NCBI GenBank assembly: GCA_043228905.1
Contig: JBHGNT010000007.1
Location: forward strand, 11,842,001-11,906,000
Reading direction: 5' to 3'
DNA length: 64,000 nucleotides
Origin: Azolla caroliniana
Taxonomy: Eukaryota > Plantae > Polypodiophyta
Shown: positions 34,584-47,967 of the stretch, in pieces
Layout of the letters: each line of letters starts with the position of its first letter
How positions within the stretch are numbered: position 1 is the stretch's first letter
Program-made: the position numbers and the translations under genes
Notes under the pieces: generated by a model
Database searches by the model: none
What the model saw: the letters and a program-made list of their open reading frames with translations, nothing else
Told to the model about the DNA's origin: nothing

Positions 34584-37500
34584 CTACATAAATGGGTTCT
34601 TTGGCATCGGTCCTTTATAGGGCTTTAGTCTAAATCCGTTGACCCACTTGCCTAGCACTTCACCGGCAAGTGTCCCTAACTGGTAGGACCCGTTGTATTC
34701 CCGTGTCAGCCAATACGGGCCTGTCCATCTAAACCGGAGTTTACCCGGCATCTTGCCCATCCTCGTTTGGAATACTAGCACCGGCTTTCCGATTTCGAAC
34801 ATCTTTTCATTACCTTTTCGGTGACGGTCAACGAACGCTTTCCGTTGTCGTTGCTCCAGTTCCATGTGTAGGATGCTGGCCAGCCGTTGCTCCTCCAGTT
34901 CGCATAGTGCTGCTAGCCGCATTTCCTCCGACTCCTTTTCATTCAGCCGTTCCCGTAGTTGGATCCGTAAGCTTGGTACCTGAAACTCCACCGGCATGAC
35001 CGCCTCTAAGCCGAACGCTAACCGGAACGGCGTTGTCCGGATACTTGTTTTGTATGCCGTTCGGTACGCCCATAGCGCGCTATGGAGCTTTGTATCCCAG
35101 TCCGTCCGGTTTTCATTGACGATTTTGCAGAGAATGTTCTGCAGTGTTTTGTTGGTGGACTCTGCTAACCCGTTCGCTTGTGGGTAGTACGGTGTGCTCC
35201 GTTTATGGACCACGGCATAGAACGTTGTTAAGCTTTCCACTACCTGGCCGAGGAAGTGCCCTCCTTGGTCGCTGATTAATTCAATCGGACATCCATATCG
35301 GCACCAAATGTTTTCGTACAGGAATTTTGCTGGGGATGACACGGTGTTGTCTCTCAAGGGCTTAGCCTCCACCCATTTAGTGCAATAATCTGTTGCCACG
35401 ATGACATAACGATTACCCGTTCTCATTGCCGGTGGCTTGAACGGTCCGACAAAATCCAACCCCCACTTCTGGAATGGCTCTAGTGGCAGTACCGGTTGGT
35501 GTGGCATCCGTGCTTGCTCCGTAGGCTGGCCCATTCGTTGGCATAGGTCACATTCCTTAGCATACTTGACGGCGTCTTTTAGCTTCGTGGGCCACCATAA
35601 GCCGCTCTGCCATACCTTCCTTGTCGTCGCTTCCCCGGCATAGTGTCCTCCGGCCACCCCACAGTATGCTTCCCGTAAGATTACTTGTTTCTCGTCACTA
35701 CGGACTGCCCGTCTCCATATTCCATCTGCTCCTTTGTGGTAGAGAGTGTCCCGTAACAGACAGAAATTACGGCTCTGCACCGCCAGTCGTTTCCTCTCGT
35801 CCCGGTTCATTTCCTCCGGTGGCAGGCCCGTGGTTAGGAACTGGTGCATGTTTGTCAGCCACCTATCTTCTGATGCCACCGTGTCGTCCGCTGCCGTTTC
35901 CAGGGTGATACGGAATAATTCTGCGTCCGGGAATTCATCCGCTACTCCGTCGCCTGATTCTCCGGACTCTAACTGGCTCAGGTAGTCTGCTACGGCATGC
36001 TGGATCCCGGGCCGGTGGAAGATCTCGAATTCGAACTCCTACAACAGCAAGGTCCAACGGGCCAACTTACCGGTTAGGGACGCCTTGGACACTAAGTACA
36101 AGAGCGCCGAGTGATCCACATGAAAGGAGAACTTCCTTCCCAATAGGTAATGACGAAACTTTGTGACACTGTAGATCATGCCCAGGGCCTCCCGTTCCGT
36201 CGTCGAATAGTTCTTCTCCGCTTGGGACAGCTTCCGGCTGACGTAATATACCGGCCGGTACCATTTGGGCTCCGTAAGTTGCATTAAGGCGTTGCCGATG
36301 GCGACGTCGGAAGCGTCAACGAACACATGAAATTCCTTGCTCCAATCCGGAGGCTGCACGACGGGTGCTTGCGACAGAAGTACCTTCAGGGCATTGTATG
36401 CCTTATCCTCCGTATCCGTCCATTGGAACGGTGTCCGATGTACCGCGGTGTGTAATGGTGTAGCCAAGTCAGCCAAGTGACGGAGCATCCGGCTGTGCCA
36501 CCGGATCTGTCCTAAGAATCGGCTTAGTGCTTTTGCCGTTTTCGGCGCCGGTGCCCCTAGTATCGCGTTTACTTTGTCCGGGTCGACCGCAATGCCCTCC
36601 TTACTTACAATGTGTCCCAGTAAGATTCCACTTGAAACCCCAAAGATGCATTTTGCTGGGTTTAAGCTTAGCCGGTATAACCTACACTTTTCAAGGCATA
36701 ACCGTAGGTGCTGCAAATGGTCTTTTCCCCGGCTATAGACTGCAAAATCATCTAGGAAAACCTGCATGAAGGCAGGAATGTATTCGCCGAAGATCTCCAT
36801 GATGATTCGCTGGAAAGTTGTTGGTGCCGTTTTTAGGCCGAACATCATTACTTCGGCCACAAACACCCCCCATTCGGTGACGAACGCTGTCTTCTCCTGG
36901 TCGTCAGGGTGCATCCGGATTTGATTGTATCCGCTGAACCCGTCTAGAAAGCTATAAACTTCATGGCCGGCGACGGCATCCAGTACTCCATCCGTGAACG
37001 GAAGAGGGAATGCATCCGTAATTGTGGCTGCATTTAGTTTCCTGTAATCTACACACACGCGGATTTTACCGTTCTTCTTTGGGACGACGACGATGGGGCT
37101 CAGCCACGTCGCTTTCTTTACCGGCCGAATGAAGCCCACTCTTAGGAGTTTGTCGATTTCCTCCTTCACTTTGGCGGCGTAGTTGGGGTTCATTCGGTAA
37201 CGTCTTTGCGCCACTGGTTTCGCGTCCTTGCCTAAGTGGATCTGATGCTGATATAATTGAGGGTCCAGCCCTCGCATGTCTTCGTATGACCAGGCGAATA
37301 CGTCGCGAAACTCCGTGAGAAGTTTGATCATCGCCGCTTTATCTTCCGGCTTCATTTCTTTGGCGATGTGTACCGGCTTTGATTCGTCCTTGCTTCCTAG
37401 GTTCACTTCGTCGAGCTGGGACGTTTTTACCCGTTGGGAAACGGCCATTTCCCGTTCCAACGCTTCCTGTGCTTGCCGTAATTCCCGAATCGAATCTTTG

Positions 37501-40322
37501 TCTGGTTCGGCTTCGGTTTCGTCCTGCTGCGGCAAGTATGGCGCTACGGCCTCAGCTACGTCAATCTCGAAGAGTGGTACGATCTTCGGGTGTTCCTCCA
37601 AGTACTGGGCCTCTTCGTCGTCTGCCAACCCTTCAAGCATGTTCACGCATTCCGCATATAGCGGTGTGCATTCCTTACCGTTGCTCGTCCGTGGTTGTGT
37701 CGGTACCCGGACCTTGGCTTTTCCGCGCCGGAAGGTAATCATATTTTTCCGCCAATTTTGCTTGATGTGTGTTGTTTTCAACCATGGTCTGCCCAGCAAC
37801 AGTGGGTACGCGCCTTGCGCCTGTAGCTGCAGCACTACAGCCGAGATGTGAAATGTGTGACCTCCTATGGTGACTTCCAATTTCCGTATTAAGCCCATCG
37901 GCCGTACAGAGCTCGTATCCGCCATCCGTAGCCAGAACGGACATGGCTCCCATTCATGTATACCCAAGGCATCACATGTGCGGAGGCTTATTACGTTCAC
38001 CCCGGAACCTCCATCGATTACTGTGCCGGGAAGTTCGTGCCCTTTGACAATAGCTGTAATCACCGGACTACTAGTGTCCACCACCGTTGGTCCCTCCTCT
38101 GGATTCGAGAAAAGGACTGGTGCCGGTGGGGCTATACCGTCTGTCATGACCGTTTTTAGTCCTTCCGTAAATCGCGGCACGAGCTGTAAGAGTCTTCCTA
38201 ATGGCAAAGTGATCTGACATTCTTGCAGTGCTTGCCATGTCTCGTTTTCTGGGTGGCTACCGCCGGCACTCCCTATGGTATCCGCCTTTTGCCGTTCCGC
38301 GTCCGCGACGTTCCTTTCATTGGCTTCCTTCACCCATTCCGTCGCCTGTTTTCGTATGGCCTCTTGTGTTTCCCACTCTTTGGCCATGCCTTTCGACCGT
38401 GTGGTTACTTGCTGTATATCCGCCACTTCCGGAACCACCATATTAACTGCTGGTCGTTTATCGTAGCTCTTTGCCGGGCACTGGTTACTGTAGTGGCCTT
38501 CCTGCTTGCAGTAGTAGCAGTACTCTTTCCGGGTATTGCTGGATTCGGCATTGCTGGTAGCCGGAGTCGGTCCCGTAGTGAGTGGTGCGTTCTGTGCCGG
38601 TTGGCTCCTTGGGGTTCCATGTTCCGGGTCCCTAGGGTGACCACCTTTCTTGAAATTACGTTTCTTATTATTCTTATTTTTATTTCGGTAGTCCTGTCGT
38701 GGTGGATCGTAAAATCGGTCGTAGTCCTCCTGGTGCCTTCGGTAACCAGGGGAATGGTCTCTATCGTATTGCTCGTGTCGTCTGTTGGGCTCCCGATAAC
38801 GGTCCGATCGCTCATACCGGTCGTAGTTATCATGCCGCTCCCCGTACCGGCCATCATTCTCTTGTCTGTCTCCGTACCGGACATCCTGTGCTGGTCGGTA
38901 CCGGTTCATTTTTTGCCAACGATCTTCATCTTCGTCTCGGCTGCTTCTTGGCTCGATCCGTCGGACGGGTGGTGCTTGTCGGTTTAGCAGGTTATACTCG
39001 CACCGGTCCGTTGTATGACTCTTGGATTGGCAAATCACACACTGGGTTCACATGGTGCACTCCACTGCCGAGTGTCCGGCATTCAAGCAGATTGTGCATT
39101 GAATTGCCTGCCGGAACCGGAGATCTTCCTCGGTGGGTAACGCCCGTTGCAGTGTTCCCAGTGTAAGCCATGAGCTTGACTTTTCCATTTCTCTGACCCG
39201 GTCAATGACCTGGTCAATGGTGCTTCCGCGAAAGTCTATTACCGTACACACCGTGCGTAACGGTTCCCGGAGTGCGTTTAAAAATATCGTCCGTAATTCC
39301 TCCTCCGGGGGTGCACGGGCAAGCTGGCTATGCATTCGTTGGAAACGGATGACGAATTGGGGAATGCTTTCCCCTGCCTCCTGTCGGATCGTATAAAACA
39401 GGCCCACCATTGTCGTCTGGTCGACCTCCTTGTGGAAAAAATGCAAGAATTTTGCTTTTAATTCTGCAAAGGTTGTGATGGTCGCCGGGTCCTGCGTCCG
39501 CCGCCATCGTGTCGCTGGTCCTTCCAACGTGACCCCGAATTCCGCTATCTTCGAGCGTTCTTCTTCCTCCGGTGTCATTCGCTGGGACGTGTGATTTGCT
39601 TCCCATGTCTGCTCGAAGGCATGAACATGCGCTTCCGCATCCGGATCATCGCGATACTTTGAGTATTGGAACGGCATGTCGTCGTCCAGTATTAGGTCGC
39701 GGTTTAGTGGCGTTTGTTGATATCTTTCCGGTTGTCTCTCCGGTTCCACTTCCGGTTGTTTTGCCGGTGCTTTTTCCGGTTCCTCTTCCGGTTCTTTTTC
39801 CGGTTTTTTCACCGGCTCGTCTTCCGGTACCTTCGCCGGCTCTTTCGTTGGTGTCGGTGGCTTTGCTTCTTCCACTTCCGGTGTTGGTGGGTTGACAGCT
39901 TCCGTTTGCGGTTCGGGATAGCCCTGGTCGAGCGGTTCCGGTTCTAGAGTCGGCACGGTATCCGACCCGTCGTCCTCCGGGCCGCCAGGGGTATCGTTGC
40001 TGCTCCGGTAGTTCGTGTGCACGCTGTATCCCCCTTCGGAATCCGATTCGTAGGCTGAAAAGGCTTCTGCCTCGTTTTCTCCGCTTGCCAGCGCCTCCAG
40101 GAGGCGTTCGGTTTCCCAGAGACTACTTAGACTGCTTCCGTCGTCCTGGTCGCGAGTTTGCTGTAACCGAAGAGATTCCTCCGCGACTCTGCGGATCTCG
40201 TTGGAGAACGAACGATCCGAGCGAATTTCGTGCGCTGCTTGCTGGAAAGTCTCACGCCGTCTTTGCCGTTCGGCGAGGCGTCGAGCTCGGTCTGTAACCA
40301 GGTCGTGCGTTGGTCTAGTCAT
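34584..40322 (-). CDS. Gypsy gag-pol in a single frame with two in-frame stops (39048-39050 TGA, 36039-36041 TAG)
   Basis: Three CCHC knuckles, VIDGGSGVN (PR), FLDDFAVY (RT), FVDASD (RH), ISDQGGHF (IN) and WTGPY. Confidence 0.93.
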
Positions 40323-43284
40323 CCATTACCATCGTTCGCTGCGAGAACGCAGGAATCGTGGTCGCCAAAACTGTGTTATTCTCTGACCGGACAAGGCCTA
40401 ACACAAGGTGTCATGGAGACACTTCACCAAAGGGTGATTACGGCATAGGATTAAGATTCAACGCTTACACCGACTTACGTAGGTTACACGATTAGAGCGC
40501 TTTCGTTAATTACACGCGTAAGATATAACAGTAAGTACAGAACGGAAATCAACACAGAAGTATAAACACCATATGCTCTATTAATTATCCGCTGCGATTA
40601 CAATGGGGTCCAGGCCTTTAAATAGGTTTCCGGCCCGTAGTACAAAACGGTGCCTATCGCACCTATTCGGGATCCGTCCGGATCTGGAACGGCATACCGT
40701 CTCCAGTCCGTCCGTCCACACTATGCTTATTTACAACCATACTTAATTAACTCCTTCACTCCGTATTTTGGACTCCTTGCCGGCCGGTAACACAACAAAC
40801 TTTATTACTTGGTAGATTGGCTCGGTTATAGTCCGAGCGAACGTACTTGGGAACCCGTCGAGAATGTTGCCAATGCACAAGATCTTCTTGCTGATTTCCA
40901 CCGAAAGTATCTGGACAAACCCAGTCCGCAATTAGCGCCGACTCGTTCCACTCGTCGTCTTTAAGGGGGAGATAGTGTCATGGCAAGACTCGAACCCATG
41001 ACTTTATGCTACATGGGTCGAGCTCTTACCATTAGATTATGAATTGTATTTTGTAGGATATTATTTTCATTTATACTTTATCATAGAAAATTGATGTATA
41101 TTCCAGATCTCTCTGGAACATTCTAGAAGCTTCAGGATTATTCCTAAAAACACTATAAAAGGAGGCACAAGGCATTGTTTTGAACCAAATTGGTTCAACA
41201 CCAGTCTTAAGCCTCGTAGTCGATTTGTACTTATCTTTCATATAATATAAGAGTTGCTGTCATCATCCTATTTCCCTCTCTCTCCTCTTCTCACTTCCTC
41301 TCTCTCGGGAATCTTACGCAGTCCCGTCCTCTTAGTACTAATAGTACTACTCTTCTTAGTACTAATTCCATCTCTGTTTTAGTACTATTCCTGACAAACG
41401 GAGAGGCGGCTACGGACCGAATCGGACCTATCAGCAAGGTCATGGGCATAAGGAAGTCCGGTCCAATGGGATCCCCACACCAGACCGGAGACTCTGGCAG
41501 TTCGGTCAGCGTGGCAACGTGAGACCATCAGAGAAGGATGGTGGCGGCGGGAAACGGGACCCGACTACGCGGGAGACACGAGGAGAGTCCAGGAGGGACT
41601 CAAACAAAAGACACCCGAATTTCGGCAAGCAACGAAACAACAACCGGTCCTATGGGATCTTCACACCGATCTGGAGACTACGGTTGTTCGGCCAACATGG
41701 CAATGTAAGACCAAGAGAGAAGGATGGTGGCGGCAAGGAACGAGACCCGGCATCGAATATAGTCGGCAAGACGGAAGTTGTCTAAGTGCAAACCCCCTAC
41801 CAACCGGTTACGGTTTCCGAGGGAGCCTGTAAGGGCAAGTACGGGCAGTGTGCCAAGCTGGGACATGCACACCCAGAGTTGAAGAAGAATCGTGCAAGTG
41901 TCCATCGAGGGCCGAATCGGAGCATGACCAAAGGATAGCACGCCCGCTTCGGAGATCTTGACGACTTAGTTGGAATGGTAGCAACTGGCGTCGCAAGCCA
42001 AGCCCAAGATGACAAGTTGGTGGGGGCGAGGGGACGACGATGAGTGAAAGGCTTCAACGCGGCAGCAATGGCACAAGACGGAAGAGGGCCAAGCCGGCTA
42101 CTACGGGTATTCCTTGGATGCAGAGGACACCCACAGGCGAAAGGGAAGCGCGGTGGTGCCGGGATTTCGCACGCACCGACTCTGGAGACTTCGGCATCCG
42201 GCCCGAGAGCCCGTGTGAGACCGAGAGTGACAGATGGTAGCGGCGGCAAAGACGGCGACCAAGACAACGCTGCAACAGACTAAGGCCAAGCGGGCCGTTA
42301 CGGGCGCTCCTCAAGTAGAGGACACCGGACCTACGGCGGATAGCGGAGCGTGCATTCGGCCAACTAAAGGGCCAACAACGAAGTACGCGTACTACGCAAT
42401 CGCGGCAATTGACCTATCGATGGGTCGAATGAGCCTACGAGGAGGCAGGCACGAGGACGACCGGTTCGGAGCAAATGGCGATCCGAAGGACGAAGGGTAA
42501 GCACGGGCCGGTCTTCTCCGACAAAGAGTCTATTTTGGTGCATACCAGTGGATGCGCGGTTAGGTGGGGGCGGATGTCGTGGAGAAAACCGTCCCTAGGC
42601 AAAATCAAAGAATATCGGGAGAATCGGCGGAGTGCATCATGTGTACTCACCCTTGTAAAAACGTGTGAATAGTAGGAGTCAAGTCGGGACAGAGCACCCC
42701 ATGTAAGTTGGGATTTATCCCACATTGTAACGCATCCCTCTCCTTGGTCTATAAAAGGAAGGGAGCACCCCTTTGTGAAGGGGTTGCCCATTTTGAGTTA
42801 GGAGGGTATACCATTAGGTTTAGTATTCCGTTTATCTTTTCTTCTTCTTCTTCTTCTTCTTCATCTTCTTCTTCCCCTTTGTGTTTGCTTAGGGTTTGCT
42901 TCCGCTCGGCCTCCTATGCAAGACCCTACACGGCGCGACGAGCCCGAGAGCTCCCCGACAGCGGCTTGGCGGAAAACTGATGTTGTAGTGTAACCTACCT
43001 TGGTCCAGCTCAACGCCGGAGATGTATTCTTTCCCTTGTAATATACATATTTGCGTCTGTTTTTGCATATCGGTTTATTTGGTGGTGTCTGAAGCACAAC
43101 CCCTTGCTTCCTATGCATAAGAATCGTTGTCGCGCGCACGCTCTCCCTCTCCTTTGTCTCTCTCTCTCACGTTCGGTTGCCTCCGGAGCACGTTCGGAGT
43201 TGGTTTCTCGGCACCCCCTTTTCTCCCTAGTCCGAGATCCCTGTGGTCCCGCCCTTCTCCATGCACGCACATAACAATGTGACA

Positions 43285-46200
43285 GCAGGAGAGAGGAAGA
43301 ACAGGAACAAGAGCATGCAAGGAGCGGAGGTGTTCATCACGACGGAAGTAACTGTAACGAGGAATCGGATGAAAAATTCGATTTCAGGCCCATTGAAGAA
43401 GCGAATAAAAGTGCAAGGGCCATAACCATAGGAAAGAGTCGAGGATAGCCAAATTAGGAGGAGATACAACCAAGAAGGGCGTAAAGGCCAAGACCAAGAC
43501 GTGGTCTGATGTAGTCAAAGGCCTAAAGACAGGAGAAGAATTGGAGACAGCCAATTCGGATGAGAGCGACTGTGAATCGAAAGTGTTCGATTCGGATATA
43601 CAGAATCAACTTAAGGCCATGCGGAGAAAAGGGCAGCGAAGGACGCGCCGACACCGTGACAACAAGGGAGCTGAGAAGGGTTGGATGAGCAGACAAGCCG
43701 ACCAGAAGGGTCAGGGTGCGCGGAATCGAACAAGACGAGGAGCGCGAGCAAGGCGTGAAGCCAAAAGAAACTGGAGCAGTGATCCGGAAGAACCAAAAGA
43801 GCCTCAAGTTGAGCTTGAGGGGGAGTGTTGACATACAAGCTCAACATTGGCCGGATCGGTTGTGCAAGCCGAGAACTGGATCGATTGGGACCGATCGGTT
43901 AGGCCGGATCGGTGCATAAACCGGGTGCGTAAACTATTACGCAAACCAGTGCGCAATGAGAAGCCGTAGCGGTGCGTAAACCGCAAGGCCGTTGTGGTGA
44001 TGTTGCACGTCTAGTGGGAGAAAAAGTGAAAAAGTGTGGGTCCACGCACATTACACAAATACTTGTAGAAATGAAAATAAATCAATAATAAATAGACGGG
44101 TGCAAGTAAGCTTTGAACCTTACACCTCCAAGATAAGAGGCAATTAGCTTACCACTAAAGCTACTACTAAGTGCTTTAAATTTTGTATATTTCCTTGTCA
44201 TATTCAGTATTCCAGGGGAAACAAACGTACAAAACTGTGCACAAAATCATGGATTTAAGCCCATGGTTTTATGCATGTCAATAGCAAAACCGTGTGCACA
44301 AAACCTTGGTTTTAGCCCATGGTTTTGTGCATGTCACAAGCATATAGAGACCTATAAAAGCCTCTAGTTGGGCTTGTGTAAGGGGGGTCAATTTAGAGAT
44401 CATCATCATCATCATCAATAATAATAATATAATACTCTTCTTATTCTTCTTCTTGACATCTATCTTCTTCTCAAGTAAAAATCTTCGATCTTCGCAAGTG
44501 TAACATTAGTTTCATCGACTCCTACATACACATCTTCATCTTTTCGACAATTTTGCAAACGTCCTCCCCGGTCCGAGACCCCGGTGGTCCCGCTCAAGCA
44601 AAGCACGCACATACGCGCATCTTCGCGACATCTAATTGGTGAACCCGACGTGAAGAGTGGTAGGGAAGGATGAAGATGGACGAGGAATATCTCATGAAGG
44701 CAATGTCGAAGATGATGATGGAATTTTCGAGAGAAAGTAAAAGACGAGATGCGGGCCCACAAGTCGTCGAAAGCGTGGTCGAGCGATTCGGCTATTTCGT
44801 CGGGGGCATAGTCCAAAATTTTCTAGACACCTACAATGCCGAGATGGATTCGAGAGGTGTAAAAGAAGCTAAGAGGCTGAAGTGCTTTTGTCAGGTGGTG
44901 GCTGAACTGAACTACAAAGAGGTAAAAGAGCTTCAAGAAGCTCATGATTCATGGGTGACTTTCAAGGAGGCGCTATTGGAGGCATATGGCTACGAGAGAC
45001 CGAAGGGACAAAGTTTATACAAGTTCGACCAATGGGTGTCATTGATGAAGACCCACTAGAGTGCCATGGATGCGTTCATTGAGTTTGAGTGTGGCTTTGC
45101 TCAACTCTCAAAGCGGGATCAAAGATTGGTAGGGGTGAATAAAGTTCTACTATTTGTAAAGTCAATCGATCGGAATGAAAGGAAGGTCATTGGAATCCAA
45201 CTCGAGGATGAAGATGGTTCAAATGGCCTCATCGAGGATTGGGCCAAAGTGGAAAGGGTATGCTGACAACACAACGAGAGGAAGACGAGATTCTTGTCGA
45301 CAACAACACGACCCATGAGGGATGTTCAAAGGAGAACGGGATGCAATACACCACCACCGAAGGAAGAAAACTCGAAGAGGGAAGATTCGATACTCAACAT
45401 AGAAACCTTAATGAGAGAAGCATTCAAGAACTTAAAGGTGCAAGGTGATGCTGAAGAGGAGCTTAAAATGGAGCGAAAACCGAGGAGAACGGTGATCGAG
45501 GAAAAAGAGACAAATATGGGTTAATGAAGTTGCCAATACAAAGGTTCAAGTTTTTTATGACAATACCATGGCAGAAGGTATGAAACAAGCCACCTTCTCA
45601 ACTTACGGAGGAACAACAGTCAGGAGAAAGGTCGAAGAATTGAGAGCGGGAAATGTTGCTTTAAGAGTGGACGAGCATTTCGGAACACATGTTGTGTCCG
45701 AAATATCGAGTGATAAAGGTGCAAGCACGAGCAAAGCTTGCGTGATCGAGGGAGGTAAAGTGTGCGAGGTCAATGTTATTGAGGTGGTAGCCACGAAGAA
45801 TGACATCGAGTCGCAGATGGCTCTGGAAGAGTCCACAGCGGATGACCGTGTCGAGACTTTCCCGACACTTGATCTAGAGACTTGGGCAGTTGCGTCCGAG
45901 AGCCAACATGAGACCCAAGAGACGGAAAGTGGTGGGGAAGAAAATATTGAAGACAATGCAAATAACAATGTTGAGTGAAAGATGGCTATGGATGAGTCGA
46001 CAGTGACCGATGGTGTCGAGGTTCTCCCCACAATTGTTCCTGAGACTTCGGCAGTTGTGCCTGAGTGCCAACGTGAGACCGGAGAGATGGAAGGTGACGA
46101 AAGGAAATCGATGGACCAAAACGGTGATGAGGAGGATGGCCATAAACGAAGGGATCTCTCCACACCAGTTCCGGTGACTTCGGCAATTGTGCCCGAGAGC

Positions 46201-47839
46201 CAACATATAACCGGAGAGATGGAAGGTGGCGGCGAGGAGATGAGGGTCGAAGATAGCGCATACGGAGGAACGATGGCCAACGAGGCCAAAAATAAAGCTA
46301 CAATAGAGCTCAATGAAGACCCAGAGAGTGGCAAGAAAGGAAGAACCAGAATACAATTCGGATGGACGATGACGTGGTTGGTATTCCGACCTGAACGGAA
46401 GCTGACCCAAACGAGAGTTGATCAACCGGGCCCGACCCAACCGAAAACCGGATGGAAACGGACCCAAACGAAAGTCGATCGTCTGAGTTTGATTCGGCTG
46501 AATGCGAATCTAGACGAAGGCGAACCAAGCCAAAAGCTGATTGGTCGAGCCCGATCTAGACAGAAGTTGAGCCAGCCTAGCCAAAGTTGGAGTAGACGAG
46601 CCACGACACCCGATCGAGGCTGGTGAGCATAAGGAAAGGCAAGCATGAGACGAGAAAGGATGATAATGGAAAGTTAGGTGACCAAGGAGATGGTCGAGAT
46701 GAAGGTGGCACATGCACGAGGCATGAAGCATTATGCTCAGGGGGTGGAAAGGGAGCCATGACAATCAGACATGGCAATGCAAAGGGTGAGCGAATGATAT
46801 GGTGGATCAGGATGACAACAACAGTTTGGGTAGAAACAAGAGACATGTTCAAAGTAGAGGATAAAAAGACATTGCGGGCGAGGCCCAAGAAAGGAGGAAA
46901 TCAGAGAACAACCACCTTTGACCCCGCCACATCACTCTTTTCTTCTCGGCACATACAAGAGGATGTGCGGTTTGGTGGGGGTGGATGTCGTGATGTTGCA
47001 CGTGCAGTGGGAGAAAAAGTGAAAAAGTGTGGTTCCACGCACACTACACAAATACTTGTAGAAATGAAAATAAATCAATAATAAATAATCCTAGGGCCTA
47101 ATGGCATTGAGTGCGTATAGAGGGGTGCAAGTAAGCTTTGAACCTTACACCTCCAAGATAAGAGGCAATTAGCTTACCACTAAAGCTACTACTGAGTGCT
47201 TTAAATTTTGTATATTTCCTTGTCATATTCAGTATTCCAGAGGAAACAAACGTACAAAACTGTGCACAAAAACATGGATTTAAGCCCATGGTTTTATGCA
47301 TGTCAATAGCAAAACCGTGTGCACAAAACCATGGTTTTAGCCCATGGTTTTGTGCATGTCACAAGCATGTAGAGACCTATAAAAGCCTCTAGTTGGGCTT
47401 GTGTAAGGGGGGTCAATTTGGAGATCATCATCATCATCATCATCATCAATAATAATAATATAATACTCTTCTTATTCTTCTTCTTGACATCTATCTTCTT
47501 CTCAAGTAAAAATCTTCGATCTTCTCAAGTGTGACATTAGTTTCCTCGACTCCTACATACACATCTTCATCTTTTCAACAATTTTGCAAACGTCCTCCCC
47601 GGTCCGAGACCCCGGTGGTCCCGCTCAAGCAAAGCACGCACGTACGCGCATCTTCGCAACACCGTTAGTATGGTATTCCTCGTAAGGAATAATTTTGGGA
47701 GTTACTGTAGTAGGTTGATTTATGAGCAGTCAAGTATTGTCAATACTTGTGTCAGCCTGATAGTCAGGGCTTGTATAAAAGGTGCTCATTGAGCACGAAG
47801 AATGTACAGAGCGTCATTATTTTGAAATCGAATTGAGTT

Positions 47840-47887
<48 letters not shown>

Positions 47888-47967
47888 TCCATCTCTGTGT
47901 TTTTTGAGTTTACCGAACTGTTTACTCTGTGTTTATGCACACACTTTCACACATGTATTCTTTTACA
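43285..47967 (+). mobile_element. Degenerate Copia-type element related to 1-8661; 3' LTR starts at 43826 and is split by the element at 43993-47661
   Basis: PPT TTGAGGGGGAG then TGTTG. The LTR resumes at 47662 with CTTGTATAAAAGGTG, as in the LTR near 8465, and contains a (CT)n tract at about 47842-47883. Confidence 0.6.
43993..47661 (+). mobile_element. Complete non-autonomous gag-only LTR element with tRNA-Trp PBS; LTRs 43993-44630 and 46986-47661
   Basis: Paired LTRs, CCGT duplicated on both flanks, PBS TGGTGAACCCGACGTGA at 44637-44653, decayed gag-like ORF from 44670, and PPT GGTGGGGGTGGA. Confidence 0.88.

Larger units (their letters stand above)
30917..40792 (-). mobile_element. Full-length non-chromovirus Ty3/Gypsy element with an extra 3' ORF; 419-bp LTRs 30917-31335 and 40374-40792
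   Basis: Three LTR differences seen, perfect TSD CAACA, and PBS-like TGGCGACCAC at 40358-40367 (tRNA-Arg-like). It is inserted in the chromodomain of the host element. Confidence 0.96.
22243..40963 (+). pseudogene. pol: Chromovirus pol in three pieces: PR 22243-22834 (frameshifted), RT-RH-IN 28135-30916, chromodomain end 40793-40963
   Basis: LLDSGAN, YLDDLLIYS, EADASD, the HHCC Zn finger, ISDRGPQF and GPF. The chromodomain EYEVAAILDSKLVRN|KLYYLVDWLGYSPSERTWEP rejoins across the insertion. Confidence 0.92.
20569..41396 (+). mobile_element. Ty3/Gypsy chromovirus (Tcn1/Tf1-like), full length, with two nested insertions; 421-bp LTRs 20569-20989 and 40976-41396
   Basis: The paired LTRs differ at about 4 positions seen. 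TSD GACGG/AACGG, PPT AAGGGGGAGATAG, and domain order gag-PR-RT-RH-IN-chromodomain. Confidence 0.95.
18213..43284 (+). mobile_element. Second non-autonomous element of the same family, fused to the truncated LTR; own sequence 18213-20568 and 41397-43284, 3' LTR 42575-43284
   Basis: The gag-like sequence parallels 14720-16070. The PPT TTAGGTGGGGGCGGA precedes TG at 42575. The element is split by the chromovirus at 20569-41396. Confidence 0.75.

Noticed and set aside
26363-39050. Programmed stop-codon readthrough at the single in-frame stops of the Copia and Gypsy polyproteins
   Set aside because: The stops fall within conserved domains at positions where Arg or Gln is expected, so CGA-to-TGA and CAG-to-TAG mutation is simpler.
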